Source: Tubiluchus corallicola (Eukaryota > Animalia > Priapulida). From it: DNA of 64,000 bases. The stretch is taken from NCBI GenBank assembly GCA_030141605.1, contig JAQGDQ010000775.1:33749-97748 (forward strand), written 5' to 3'. The notes below the pieces were generated by a model. The model made no database searches. It had not been told where the DNA came from and saw nothing but the letters and a program-made list of their open reading frames with translations. The position numbers were made by a program, and so were the translations under genes. Shown one piece after another: positions 38,560 through 52,538 of this stretch (its first letter is position 1; every line of letters starts with the position of its first letter).

Positions 38560-39400
38560 GGCGTTGATGATGCAGTTTACAAGAAGAAACGAAAACTATT
38601 TATTTTATGACAAAATTAAATCTTAAATAAAAAAATAGAAACAATGGCTGAAAAGGCAATGAACGTTAAACCGTCTTGGAGCTAAGTGTCTGGTGCTAAG
38701 GGTCACGAAACACCCAACATGAATGTCAAAGCAAGTCATCCTTATGATCCCCATCGTACTGTTATAATAGATATTGTAAAAGACAAGTAAAAGAGCCTCT
38801 CAGTAAAAAAAAAACTCTTGTGTGAGCATTTCCCATGTAAACGTTTCGAGAATGTTCTTTCCACAGCTAGAGGCAAAATTCAAATCCAGTTGAAATCTAT
38901 AGAAGAAGCAGCAAACATAGTGAACAAGTGGCAGCCTCACTATTTAGGAACTAACACTAGTACAAAGGCACCAACTAGTGAAGTTCTGGGCCTAATCCGA
39001 GACTACGACACCAGCTTACGTGACGAAGAGGTGTTATCTGATGTCACTCGATATTACGATGGCGCGCAAATAACAATATTTATGCGTAAGAATGGTTGTG
39101 CAATACCACTCGTAAAAGTGACCTTTCAAAAGTCTTCAGATCTAGAAAAAGCAATTTCGGAAGGAATACCCATTTGTAACATGTTTTGTCTGGTTGAAAA
39201 ATTTGTTATTAAGAGGAAACATACTATTTGCTAGAACTGTTAGAAATACAATCATGTAACTAAGTGGTGTCGATCAAGCCCTGTTTGTAGAAAGTGTTCG
39301 CAAAATCACCAAACTGAGTCCTGTGAACCCGAAACTGAAAAGTGCAATAATTGCAGAGGTAAGCATGTGGCGTGGAGTAGAGAAATAAAGAAGCCATGCG
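38560..39400 (+). mobile_element. LINE ORF1 (gag-like) relic with three CCHC zinc knuckles (I/Jockey-group type)
   Basis: C*NC*KYNHVTKWC..CRKCSQNHQTESC..CNNCRGKH downstream of ORF 38818-39234. Confidence 0.8.
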
Positions 39401-39625
39401 TAAGAAAGATGAAACTTTGAGCATTGTTTCGTATTTAAAGGGTTAAACAAAAACAAACTCACTGATACAGTAGCTACAGGTTTCTTGCAACACTCACACC
39501 ATAAACTTCAGTCTAGAACCCAAGTTGCTTTATTCCTCAGTTGCTTTAGAGGGCTAACGTTTACATCTCACACAGTGTCTTTCTTACCGTTTATGAATTA
39601 TTTTTTTACAATTGATGAACTAAAG

Positions 39626-40087
39626 CAGGGGTGTGCAAATTGCGGCCCGCCGAGAGAATTTGTCGACCTAATGAAAGTGAGGTCCGGGCGATTAATTGAG
39701 TGCATCCAGCTGAAGTCCGTGCCACAATCCCAAAGACAGTGCATGTAGTTTTTTCTACTAGATCGGATGCCATTAACCCTTACAAGACGATTGTAGCTTA
39801 ATGTCACTGTACTACACAGACTGTGTTATACAAATTACTAATATGCATTGTAATGAAATTACCACTATCTGTCCTGAAAGTAGAAATATGTGGTTTGTAA
39901 TATAACTTTTAATAACTTCTAAAATAGTTTCTTGAGTGTAGTAGTAATGATGTACGCAGGTCGGATGTGAAAAAAATCGTTAATAGGCCTTTCTGTACTT
40001 GGCTCCTTGATCAAACTGCCTGTGACCCGCAGCAATTGCGAGAAAGTTTAATGTGGCCCGGCTAGTCAGATAATTTGCACACCCCTG
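39626..40087. mobile_element. hAT (Charlie-like) MITE
   Basis: 16-bp TIR CAGGGGTGTGCAAATT; perfect 8-bp TSD AACTAAAG (39618-39625, 40088-40095); subterminal GGCCCG. Confidence 0.93.
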
Positions 40088-40624
40088 AACTAAAGTCTTT
40101 TTTAAAATTTATGATGTAAATTCATTTTTAAAATCTATGAATTATGATTTTATTCTGACGAAGCTATGTTTTTACTTTTTTCAGTGTGGTGTTCTTTGTT
40201 GCCTGTTGTTATGTCACCAAGACAGTTTAATCTGTCACTCATACCCTGGGTATTTATTTACTTGAAAAAGAACTTATTCGTAAAAGTGAGCGAAATGACC
40301 AATGCAGAGTTTGGACTGACCATTCACCGCACTGCCTCTCCACAAATTTCAATTAGATTATTTATTCACTCACATACAATTGTACATTTACACGAATAGG
40401 ACATAATTGCAATTAAAAATAATTAGTTAATTTCTGAGGAAAGGAGCAAGCCATTAATGAAAGAACCAGGTATGAATGCACTTACGGTGGTCCACATTAA
40501 TTAGTGGTTTCTGTTTAATTTACTAAAAGTGTGAAAAACAAATGTAATTTCGAAATCACATGTCGCATGCGTAGTGCGATAAATTTAGCGCAAGGCGCCC
40601 TACAGCATTAAATCATGACATGAC

Positions 40625-41183
40625 AAGAGTATGGAGGCAGTAGATTCCTACGCATTCTCATTGGTTGCTGGACTTTTCCTTGATGACGTCAAACTAAAAT
40701 GGCGGAGTTGTTGAATACGGGTTGTGAATGCATGTAACGTTCTAACTAATGTACAGCAGTTGCACTGTTACCTCGCATAATGTTTGAGCATAGCTATGCT
40801 GCTTGATTTACCTGTTTTCTGATAAACTAAAACACTAGGAGTACTGTGTATCACAGCAACTAAAATCTTGTATGTATCAAATACATAAAATTAATGGTCT
40901 TTCTTGGTACGCATATGTTATGTAAAATATGTGTAGTATTTATGAAGTGTTATTATCAATAATTGTGTGTTTGCAAACGAAAATCACCCATAAGTCGGCA
41001 TAATTGAAACTACGTTATGATACTTCAAATTAGAACTAGTGTTCCATTTTTTCAGGTTTCAAAACAGTAATAAAACTTTTAAGTCTCTTGTAGTCGACAA
41101 CTCCGCTATTTTAATTTGGCGTCATCAAGGCGAAGTCCCACAGCCAATGAGAATGCGTATGGAAGTACTGCCCCGAGACTCTT
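40625..41183. mobile_element. MITE-like element with ~95-bp imperfect terminal inverted repeats
   Basis: 40625-40720 matches the reverse complement of 41088-41183 (ggcagta..tacgcattctcattgg..ccttgatgacg.caaa.taaaat.gcggagttgt); TSD not evident. Confidence 0.75.
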
Positions 41184-41204
41184 CTAGCAATTCTGTTTCC
41201 ACGG

Positions 41205-41692
41205 CGCCATTAAATGACGTAATATACGCACAACGTAAATCATTGGAAGAATGCGAAGTTATATTTCTTGGCATTTCGCTTACCTGTTTTTCAGACCTAT
41301 TTACTAGAAAAGAGAATTATTAATTATTTAAAATGCTTTCACTAATTGGTAAAATATTTTTGACTCACCTCCAGGGTGCACCACTCACTAACCAAAAAAC
41401 GTATTTTTAATCTTATTGACAAGATACCGTAAAATTTTGCTTGGTTAGGAATGTGCGCTACGAATGCTGAATTATTTTTAAATTTTACACAATGTTAGCT
41501 AATCTTGTTTCAAATGACTTATCATCAAAATGGCTGCGTCTAACGGTTATCGCGGGACTTTAAACTGAACATGTTTTGTACAGCGTTACTGCCAATGCAA
41601 GTCATGTATGCAAAAGACAGTACGTAAGTGATGTAAAAATTCAAGACGAATTTTTAAGCTATATGTAAGTGGAGGGTTTTCTTGTACTTTAA
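41205..41692 (+). repeat. Interspersed repeat D, second copy
   Basis: Colinear with 37808-38225. Confidence 0.8.
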
Positions 41693-42618
41693 GGCATTTG
41701 CGAACGAGTGATCGCAGACAGACTATATTATTTTGTGCTTTCTTAACTAGAACTTTCTCTGTCAACCGATTTTAAATCTGGTCTTCCGTTTCGAAAATAC
41801 AAAAATTCGTTTATGCTTTATGATTTATTATCGTATCCAAAAAATACGCTATTCTTATTCATTGTTATTAAACTATTTGGGTTAAAAAGACATAAAAGAC
41901 AGTTTTATTATCCAAAAGAAATTCGTTCGACACAAATACTTGGTTTTGCAAAACAAGGAAAAACAACGTCAATACATGGATAGTAACATTGATAAAGACA
42001 ATCAAATATTTTTGACACAGTTGCACATTTTGCATGCTCTTATCGAGCACCCAAAGGCAGGTCATACTTGCCACACGTTGTCAAAGCTCAATATGGCTTG
42101 GCTGAACGTATTTAGTTGTCAAAGAAAATCCATTTAGTTGAGTCAATGACACAAGATTTAGGGAAAGCATATAGCGGCCTTCAATGATGTAAATACCAAT
42201 ATATACAATCTTCGTAAACAACTGATGTTCCATTTACCTCTTTGCCGTTCTAAACGTTTTAAAAGTAGTTTTAAACCATATGCATTTTTTAATTACCAGT
42301 TCATTACTACTGTATACACTGCGACACGAGATATTATAATTATGGATTTTAATAAGATTAATCTTAATGTGGTAAATTATTGTCTTTTAAATGTTAAACT
42401 TCAGTCCATCTTAATTAAATTAATGTTGTTTAAAGTCGTGCAATGTAATTTACTTCAAATTTAAACTTCTGTGTATCTTAGTTAATGTAATTTAAATTAA
42501 GCTTCTGGTTACAAAAATGTTTAATAATAAAATAAATTTATTTATTGAACCATTAAGTAAATTATTAGAGACAAAGAAAACCTAGACTTAAAAGAAATGT
42601 GCCATACAAAGAAACCAC

Positions 42619-42692
42619 ATGTATATGCCAAATGTATATGTCAAAATATGCAAAATGTATATGTCAAAATATGCAAAATGTATATGCCAAAA
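42619..42692. repeat. Short tandem repeat (~22-bp unit)
   Basis: aaatgtatatgtcaaaatatgc repeated. Confidence 0.75.
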
Positions 42693-45600
42693 GGCGCATG
42701 GGTATTCGATATCTGTGTTTCTTCAGTTTCCCTTCATGCAATAGGCTGTCTGAAAACCCTCACGCTCAGGACCTGTTTAGCTACACATTTCATGCGCTAC
42801 CATATCAGTTATTGCTGAGTTTATCGGTCCATATTGGCTGACGTAGTCGGGCTGACTCTTTTTGTAACGTCTCTGGAAAAAGAAAATAAAGCATATAACA
42901 GTCGAAAGAAGTTGCTCTACTTTTGGTTGGTACACACATTCCAGATTCCAACAAAAGTACAGCATAGATACCGCGACACGCAAAAAGCCTAATCATTGAA
43001 GGGGCAGACACATTCAAAGCTAATTTTGTTATATTTATAAACCCACTTAAAGTGACCATGCCTGTAAGTCTTTGACCTTGCCTGACTTCTTGAATCTGGG
43101 TAATGATCACAGTGACTGGTTTTGGGAATGCTGCCTTGAAACGATATTTCCTTTTAACCCCTATCCATCCAAGGAATTTTTGTATAACAATAACGGCCAA
43201 GCGGGGCAACAATTTGCCTAATGAAAATTTCGCTTAATGTGTTTTGCTAACATAGGATAGAATGACAAACTAGCAACCGTAGCGCAAAACCAAATTCTGG
43301 GTCAAGTTGTCATAATTATGTAGGAAGGAACAAAGAGGCATTCCGCCATTGTACAATATATTGTTTTCGCGTGGTTCATCAAGTCCTGTGCCATAATAAG
43401 CAATTGATTCTGGGACATCTACTTTGTCTTTACTTGCTGTCTAAAATTCTGTCTTCGTCAGCTTCAACTGCCTGTACTGCAAACGTTCTCACCATATTTA
43501 ATGAACAATGTACACAAAATTTAAAATGAAATTTCCCCAGCAGATCGTTAGAAAAATCACTTAGAAAAATAATTGCCATGGTACGTGGTCAAGGTAAACA
43601 TTTGGGGCTGCCAGAAAGAAAATTATTGCTATGTAAGCTGAAAAATTTTGCCTACATAAAAACACCAGGCGGGGTAATAAGTTAGTCAGGTAATATCTGT
43701 CACTTATGCTTTGTGAAGCAGCATGAATAACGGTTTTCAACAAAACCAAGGTAAGACTGCATGCCAAATTGCAAAACATTTGATCATTACTAGATTGATA
43801 ATTTTTGTTGCATCCATATAAAATGTGAACAAACACAGTTGTGGTGATGTTTTGTCCCTGTAGCCTTGGTAGGCTAAGGGTTAATTCTATTGCTGATTGC
43901 TGTGTTCCCCACGCTGGTTGTCACTTACAGACCATTCCTGTATACATAAATGACTTATCAAGATATAATCTGTTCATTGCATCCTTATTTTACCGTCATG
44001 TCATCTCTTTTCATTGTGCATCTCTTTTGGTCTTTTCCAAGTTCCAACTTTTAGCTCAGCTGCAAGCAGTTACATCATTTTGTTCTCTAATTGATTGCTC
44101 AATTGGTAAGTAATTGTAGTCATTTTGTTTTCAGTTTGTGAAATTGTATGTAATATATCTGTGTATGTAACTGTAATGGTGTTTTTGTCCAATAAATAAA
44201 TAAAAAACCTTTTTCCTATCTTTCCTACAAAAAAATGGAACCAACTGTAGCCATCACGTTGTAATAAAACAACTGTATCCAGCTTCAAAAGATGCCATAT
44301 TCAAACAGTATTCCCTTCATGTAAACAATGTTACGTCATATTAAACCTTTCTGGATGTCGTTATGCAGTTGTGTTGCTATGTTGGCTTAGACTTGGTGCT
44401 AATTCATTAAACTACTCATCGCATAAGATGTAGTTTTGTAGCCTTTTTGTAGCCATTGTTATTTTGTGGTTGAAGACCCTGTTCATTACTTATTACGATG
44501 CCCTAAGAATAATAATTCAGATCTTTAATGCTAACATCTTCTAATCACATCTTAATTTTTGTAATTATTCAGCTGGCCAGTATAGTGAATTATTAATGTA
44601 AGGGTCAGACATATTAACTGATGTTATTAACAAATTGCCTGCAAGGTAGCTGTATTAGAAACTTATTATTACATTCTTCAATCTAAACGTCAAATATAAT
44701 GCTTTGTGTGCTAACAGTTCAAGTCTGTCAGCTGTTGTAATGAAGTGTTATATATATAGTGATGTTACATATATTTCATTGTGTACAAAGGTAAGTGTAA
44801 TATTTTCTTTATTTTAGTAATGTTGCATTAGTGAAATGGGTACAAAGGATTCTAACATGTTTCAGAAGTGATTTGAGATTATCAATTCTGGTAATAAAGA
44901 AAGATGTTTACCTAAAAGTGACTTTTAATTACCGTTGATCTTCCATCTACCTTGAAAGCATCATTCATAAATCTTGCAAGCAAATTCGCTGACCCAAAAG
45001 GGCAGAAACCACATGGCCTTGTGCAATCAAATTATATAGTACTTAATGGAAGATTTTCAAACAAAACTGAGTCAAGAGAGATAAGGGTAATAAAAACTTC
45101 TTCTTTCTCCTTTAAAAGACGTAAAATGCTATTGAAAGGATACCTAATGATTGACAGCAATGCATAAGTATTAATACCATGAAATAGTTTTACAACAACT
45201 GAACTCTTTGAGGAATGACCTAGAGTTTTTACGAAAAAAGTTTTGCAAATTATATAAGTTATACAACCTACAGTCATCCCTTCCCATCAGCTTTGCAAGC
45301 GCATAGTTAAATCCAGCTGCTGTGGCATGTAAAGATACGTTGTACAAGTCATACCGTGTATTTGTGAAGTATTTTCTTGTTGCCATAGACATTACTTTAA
45401 GTACTCGCAGAAATACCACTCACTCCTGCAAATAGTTTAAAGTTAAAAGTAGTTTTCTGCATGTAGTGTCCTATGTAGCTGTACACTAACGGCCTGCCAA
45501 GTATAGGCTCGTCAGCAACACGGGACGATTTGCCCACACAGCAGACCCTGTTAACGACTTGTCTCGAACTTGTTGCATTTCGTGTGCGTTTTTAAGATGG

Positions 45601-47289
45601 CTTCCAATAAACTAGAAACGAGTGTAATTTCGAGAATTTATGGATCTGATGTCGTAAACTCTTCACAGCCAATTAATATCTTTACAAGATCGGAGTAAGA
45701 TAATATACGTTAAAAGTAATAGGTATGTGACAAAAACGAACATCTAAACAAGTATACAGAGGCATAACATTGTGTGCCCTTTTTCTATATGGTTTTTTTA
45801 AATATTTTTTAAAGAACGCGTCCTCATTTTACAACTGCAATTTAAACTAAAGTTTACAGTAAGTTCAAACTATGTATCACAGTATATTAACACAACTAAT
45901 TTAGTTTAAAGAGATTAGTACAGCAATTTTTTTTAATTTTTGATTTTATTTTCATTATTTATTTACCTATAACAAAAATGTGATAAGTGGTACTAGTGCT
46001 AATAATAACGCAACTCAGATATGATCAAACCATGACATGTTTTATATCTTAGTCATGATTGAATGAAACTTATCAAAAAGAACATTATCAAACTTCTGCA
46101 GTGCATACTACGGTGCGAATCTTATAACTATAACTTTAAACACATAAAGCTTGCATAAAACAAAGCAAGTTATTTCAGCTGCAATATGACAATTCTGCAA
46201 GGGAACTTAACATACAGAAATTTGACACTAAAATTCGAAATTTATTCACTTAATAACAGCCTCTGATACTGATCACATGTAATCATGAACACAGGTTTCA
46301 ATCAAAAGTTTTCCAGTACTGGCCGAAAATTTTGTTTACCTATTCACCACGATGCATATTTGTATAGTTTTGACAAGCCATTCCAAAAATGCCAATAACG
46401 GCCTTGTTGCACGAGATACTAGTTCAAAACTATATATTTTCTGAAAAAGAATTAAATTTTCTTTCTATTACTGTAAATTTAATGCTTAGATTTTTTAGTT
46501 TAGAGGAATAATTAAGAAGGTGATAGGAGTAATCTGTAAATGTTCACAAATTTTTCATTTCAAAGCTTTCTAGAGCCTAAGTTATAGTTTGCATCTAAAA
46601 CTGTTCAACGAGAAAGCTGTAGTAGATTGTTTTTTGCATAAAATTTTACAAAAAGTATATAAATTTGATAGCTCTGCGCTGTCTACAGCTAATTATAACT
46701 ACAACACTCTACAACCTGATGTGATCCTGTAGTAAGGTTGAGAGCATCAGCGTTGTTTTGTTTACTTGTTTAATGCAAGTAAATACAGTATGATTGCCAA
46801 CAAGCAAAACGTATAGAAACAACGCACTACACATAAGTAACTAATTACCGCCAGAGCGATAAATCCAGCTCTTGAAGTTATTCCGATTTTAAAAAAAATG
46901 TTAATGTTAATATTTTTTATAAAATTTAATACATCCAAAAGCATAACAATATTAACAAAGATGAAAAAAGCAATAATAATATAAATTAAAATATATTATA
47001 GTGCTATACTTTATGTCGTGTTGTACTGTGCTGTGGCATTTTGCCGCCTCTATGCTAGTTATTTTTGAAAACAGTTTTCTTTTTTTTTGCTCTTCTGGGC
47101 ACTGGTTTGTAATCATTACGCCACAGAAACTTCTCAAAAATGAGTATTCTAAATTTTATCAGTGTGAAAAGACTAAAAAGGTTTTTTTTTTCTTAAATTA
47201 CGCAGCTCATTTGTTTCACAGACGGGCTGATTTGTCTTGGTCAGGAATATAAAGGCTTACGTATTTTTCTGAACTGCGAAATGAGCAGC

Positions 47290-47674
47290 ATTTTCCCGGA
47301 CCCAACTCCCGACTTTTTTTGGAAATTTTGGTCAAACAGCTTATAGAAAAAACTTTCTAGCGGCGCCTGGCGGGACTAGCTGTTTAGAAAGAGGAAGAAC
47401 GGGGCTACACGCTGATGTAGGCTATGTGTTAGGACACGTCCACCAAGAGGAGTACCGGCGAGTTAATTTGATGTTCGATTTTCGGCAATTTTCGCTTTGA
47501 AAACTGCTGACGCAAAGCCATTGTTCTAACGTCATCCATTATACTCTAGCTTTAATTCAGTAAAAGCTACTGACTTTGCGTTAGGTAAGTAAACAAACAC
47601 TAGGGAGGATGTTCGCGTATTTTTGATTATACGTGTAAATTTACATGCAAAATTTTTTGCGGGGCCTTTGCTAG
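47290..47674 (+). mobile_element. Helitron family A, 3' part
   Basis: Ends TGCAAAA-TT-TTTTGCG GGGCCTTTG CTAG|T at 47674. Confidence 0.8.
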
Positions 47675-47812
47675 TAACAGTATTAATACCTTTCAAGTTC
47701 ATTTTTTCTTGCTTTCAAGCAAGATTCTGCTAGTAAATCACTCTACGCACAGACTAATGCATAATTAAGTAAAGTCCACGTAAAACAACTGAAGTTACTG
47801 AACTGATGCGGG

Positions 47813-48246
47813 TGTGAAAGTTATTTGTGAAGTTGAAATTGAACACTTGTAGAAAACAACTAAACACCAGATTACATGTTTGCACAAAACTGAAACACTT
47901 TTATTGCACTACAGAGTTATATGTAACATGACTGCTAATCTACACTGAGGACCAGAGTGTCCTGCACTGATCACGAAGAATTAGACAGTGAGTCCCATGA
48001 GTTGCACGACTGCACTGCCTGAGACAGAGAGTGACTAGCAGTGAAATCTAGCCAGTTTATATAGGTAGAGAACTATGCAAAAACTTGGCTTCACATATCC
48101 CATTACAGTGAAAATATGGGATATCCAGTGAGTTTGCATATTCACTGTACCGAACAATTGTACTAGGGGTGAATTGAACTAGTAAAATGTTAAAGTAACC
48201 AATCAATAGATGGCAGCACCTAAAATATACAGTTACAACTTTCACA
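47813..48246 (-). mobile_element. Solo LTR (possibly BEL/Pao)
   Basis: TG..CA ends with a 10-bp inverted repeat TGTGAAAGTT/AACTTTCACA; 5-bp flanks GCGGG/GAGGG; TATA-like box (~48060) upstream of AATAAA (~47900) on the - strand. Confidence 0.75.
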
Positions 48247-48726
48247 GAGGGAGAGCGCTTTGCTTTTTCCTCACATCATGTGACCGTTGTAGTTAAGACG
48301 AGTTGCTGTGGTACAATTAACCTTTGACCTACAGCATTTGCGCGTGCGCACAATGAAACTGTGAGAAGGCTTATTGAAGTTCAGCAATAAAACTATTATA
48401 GTGACGTTATAGTGCAAAATGTTAAGCAATGATCACTAGTGCAAAGGATCTTGGTTTCAAACTTTCTCATGCCTTCACCCTACAAAGATTAAGCACGGTT
48501 TCATAAGGTTTCATGAGTATTAGCTTATTAGATTAGTGTAGTTTTCCGTTTCAATGGTGCAACTAAATTAAATTTGTAAAATGTTGAACTATACTAATTA
48601 CGATAACAGTTTACACGTTGCAAATAAGCAAACTACTATTCAAGCAATTGGTACACTAACTCTATTCAAAGCTGCACTTTTCGTAATCAAATTAGTTAGT
48701 TAGTTGGTAGATGAGCTGGTTATTTT

Positions 48727-48846
48727 GTCAGTCAGTCAGTCAGTCAGTCAGTCAGTCAGTCAGTCAGTCAGTTAGTCAGTCAGACAGTCAGTCAGTCAGT
48801 CAGTCAGTCAGTCAGTCAGTCAGTCAGTCAGTCAGTCAGTCAGTCA
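48727..48846. repeat. (GTCA)n microsatellite
   Basis: Near-perfect run. Confidence 0.98.
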
Positions 48847-49617
48847 ATTCGCTGTTCTGATACAGCAATAGCTTACATTTCTGGTGAAATTGTGTAAAAC
48901 ATTATCATAATAATGGAATCAGTGACCAGCACGTTTTAAAAATATCTAAAAAATTTACTAAAATCTTTACTTTTTAAATATTTCTTTCAAGTTGTTGTAA
49001 AAGAATTGCCCATGCAATATTTGATTAGACTGAGAAAAATGTGAGTTGGATACAAAAACAAATGCATCTAAATCAAATATTTCCCAATATTGAATACGAA
49101 CTGGAAATGCTCAAGCGAATTCACATACATCCACATACATACATATACATACATATATACATATAGTATTGTCCACATACATTTTTGCATTTCTTGATTA
49201 AATCTTTGTCTATATATGTGGATGTATATCAAAAACTCATTACGTAATTAACTATAATAACCCATTTGCATTTCTGGCTATTTGGTTGACTGAGTAACTG
49301 CTCAATTTAATTGAAACACACACACACACGCACACACACACAAACGAGCGAATGAACACATGCACACACGTATATACTGACTAATTGCGATGACCTATAC
49401 CGCAATGTTGGCTGTAACAGAGCTACGAAGGCTGCGCTATTTCGGAGTTTTTTTCCCCGCGAGAGGCGCAAAGAGCGCTTCATGACTTTTCCGCAGGACA
49501 CAAATAAGTTAATTACTCATTAATTAAGCAACGCAGCGCTAAAATTTTTCTGCCGAATTACTGTCGGGTAAGTCAGTTGTAAAACATGTCCAACTTGATT
49601 TTCGTGATATCCCTCCT

Positions 49618-50647
49618 TTAAAGATGAAGACAAAGATTGCTCTCAAAGCTTGGATTCCAAAACTTGAAAAATACGCTAATGCTCCAAGCAAATAGTGGTA
49701 GAGACAGTTATTTTCTTTTCTTGGGACTGCAAATATTTTGCAAAGCTAATTCTGCAAAGAACAGAGAAGAGCTAACATCTTAAAGCTACTACTGGTAGAG
49801 AGCGCCTATTTTCTGTTCCTGGCCGAGCAAATATTTTACAAAGGAGAGAAAGTTTGAGAACAGTCTGACCTTGGGAAGAGCAAATAATTGTCGAAGCTGT
49901 TAGCGGGCGAGAGCGCATTTTTGTACTGAGCATATATTTTGCAAAGGACAGCAAGTTTTCGAGCACTCACCCCCTGGGAAGAGCAAATAATTGTCGAAGC
50001 TATTAGCGGGCGAGAGCGCATTCTTCTACTGAGTAAATATATTTTTGCAAAGGAAATTTACAAAAGAACAGAAAGTAGGAGATCACACACTCCCTGGGAA
50101 GACAATTAGATGCACAGAGCGCTTATTGTGTTCTAGCTGAGTAAATGTTTGGCAAAGCTAATTTTATTAATGACAAAAGGTTTGCGAGCACTCACCCCAT
50201 GGGAAGACAAATTAGATGCACAGAGGGCTTATTGTGTTTTAGGAGAGTAAATGTTTGGCAAAGCTAATTTTATAAATGACAAAAGCTTTGCGAGCACTCA
50301 CCCCCATGGAAGAGCTTAGAACTGTTTACCTTTGAGATGACTGTCTTTTCTTTCGAAAATAAGCTCCAGACGCCCTGACATTAATCCATCGTTTTGTTCT
50401 CTTAGCACCTGGGAAGCGAATGGCATGCGACCCTGGGAACAGAGAAAACTGCTTTACAGGGAATCTTCCCGGGATTATTTGAACGTCACGCTGATTCACA
50501 AGCGCCATTTCTATTTTACCTGTAAAAAAATTCTTTTCCGAGTAAAAAGTGGTGAAAATTTTTCACCAACATGTTCGTTTTGCAATTTTAAATTTTATGA
50601 GCTAAGAATCTGCAAAGTGCATGTTCCATTTTAATGTGTCTTACCGC

Positions 50648-50650
<3 letters not shown>
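49618..50650 (-). repeat. Interspersed repeat B, inverted copy with extra subrepeats
   Basis: Reverse complement of 34340-35030; abuts (TAA)n. Confidence 0.8.

Positions 50651-50741
<91 letters not shown>
50648..50741. repeat. (TAA)n microsatellite
   Basis: Perfect run. Confidence 0.98.
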
Positions 50742-52210
50742 TTAGATGCTGATTTTAGATTACATTACCTAAATATATATTATTGACTTTAGTTACAGAA
50801 AATTATAGAGCATCATGTAATCAGAGACTTCATTCAGAATTTGTAAGATCAAATGATTTAGTTTGGGAAGACAATAGTGTACCTAACGGTTACACATACT
50901 GTAATGAAGCTTTAGGCCACTACACGTATATTGATCATGTAAATTCCTCGATTGAAATATAATCTAGAAAATATGATGGTTTTAAATGATGGTGGTAATT
51001 TATCAGATCACTTTCCAAATGAACTGGCTATAAATGTTAATAATGTACTTAATAGAGACAGTACTTATAAATCTAAAAAGCACACGTATATGAAATGGAA
51101 AAATATAGATTTACAAAAATATCAATCGGAAATTGAAACCAATTTAAGAAATGTGTGTGTCCCATTGCATTTACTAAGAAACTGCCCTAATGAATGTAAT
51201 GATCTAGAACATCGTAAGACGTTAGACATCTTTGATGCAAATATTGTTCAAGTACTTATTAAGGCTGGCATAACTGCTGTTCCTTTCTGTCCCCCCCCCC
51301 CCGGGTTTACAGAAGCACTGGTGGAATAGAGAAATTTTCTGTACTAAAACAGGAATTGATTAATGCTCACGTTGTCAGGGTCATGTAGACACTTACGTGA
51401 AATGCTTAAAATCTGCGAAAAATATGGTATAGAATTGAGTATCTCATTTAATCCTAACAAAACATGGCTTCTTTATTTTGGTAAAAGCTTTACTGGAAAA
51501 GGTGTAATCTGTTTTTGCGGTAAACAGATTATCTGGAAAGTATTTGGGATGCGATATTTTGACAAGTTTTTCTACTGATGTTTCAAGATTAAAAAGGAAA
51601 TTCATTGGTTTCATGAATAATATTCTCTCAAGTATGGGCCATAATCGTAATGACATAGTAACTAAAACTCTGATCAATACATATTGTCTACCCATTTTAC
51701 TATACGGATGCGAAATTGGGGGTATATCAAACAATGAAGTTAATGCCGTTAGGGTAAAATGGAACACTGCTTATAGAAAAATATTCGGTTTTAGACAAAA
51801 TGAAAGCGTCAAATTGTTAATGTATTTTTGTGGCACAATGCCTGCGAATTATTTAATAGATAGTCGAAAATTAAACTTTGTGAGCAAAATTGTAAACTCT
51901 TGCACAGTATGAATTCCAAAGCTATGCTATTATGTAAATAACAGTCAAGTAAATTTAAGATTTAAATATAGTTGTACTGTAGATCTAAACGAAGATGTAA
52001 AATTAAAGGTTAAGAACGCATTTAAAGATTATGTTTTAAGATATCTATTATAGCTCATTACACCACTGTATACTGTAATATAATAACAACGGAACTACAA
52101 CGCGTGGTTATTATCAAGTTGAATGTCTGTAGATATGATACTTTACTAACATCTTTATCTTTTTAAACTGTATATTTTTTATACGAAATAAACTCATAAT
52201 AATGATGATA
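50742..52210 (+). mobile_element. Internally deleted LINE (endonuclease end fused to RT 3' end and UTR)
   Basis: YTY..TYIDH, NLSDHFP, then SGSCRHLREMLKICE..CLPILLYGCE; paralog of 26985-27835. Confidence 0.85.
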
Positions 52211-52538
52211 TTATAAATAATGCTGTGTACCATTAATTATTATTATACATTATACGTCGTTGAACAAAATACACGAAAGGCGCTCAACGCTGTCGAGTAA
52301 TACTATGCAGTTGACTAAATTGTTAAAGATTATAACTATGAATTATTTGTGTAATCATAATAATCCCATAAAGACCTTTGATGTTAAGATTATATATATA
52401 TATATATATACCTTCAGTGACTTTAGTGTATATACCACGTTGAAGCAATAAATTTAAACCAATCGCGTGGTGGTAGTCCACTCAATTCAATAAGTCAGTG
52501 CAAATATAAAATATAACTCTTTTGATGCTCTATTTCAG

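Noticed and set aside
49540-49573. G|gtaagt donor as the upstream exon of the CHST1-like gene (also the donor near 45722)
   Set aside because: An in-frame stop lies a few codons upstream in the required phase, and no signal anchor is present.
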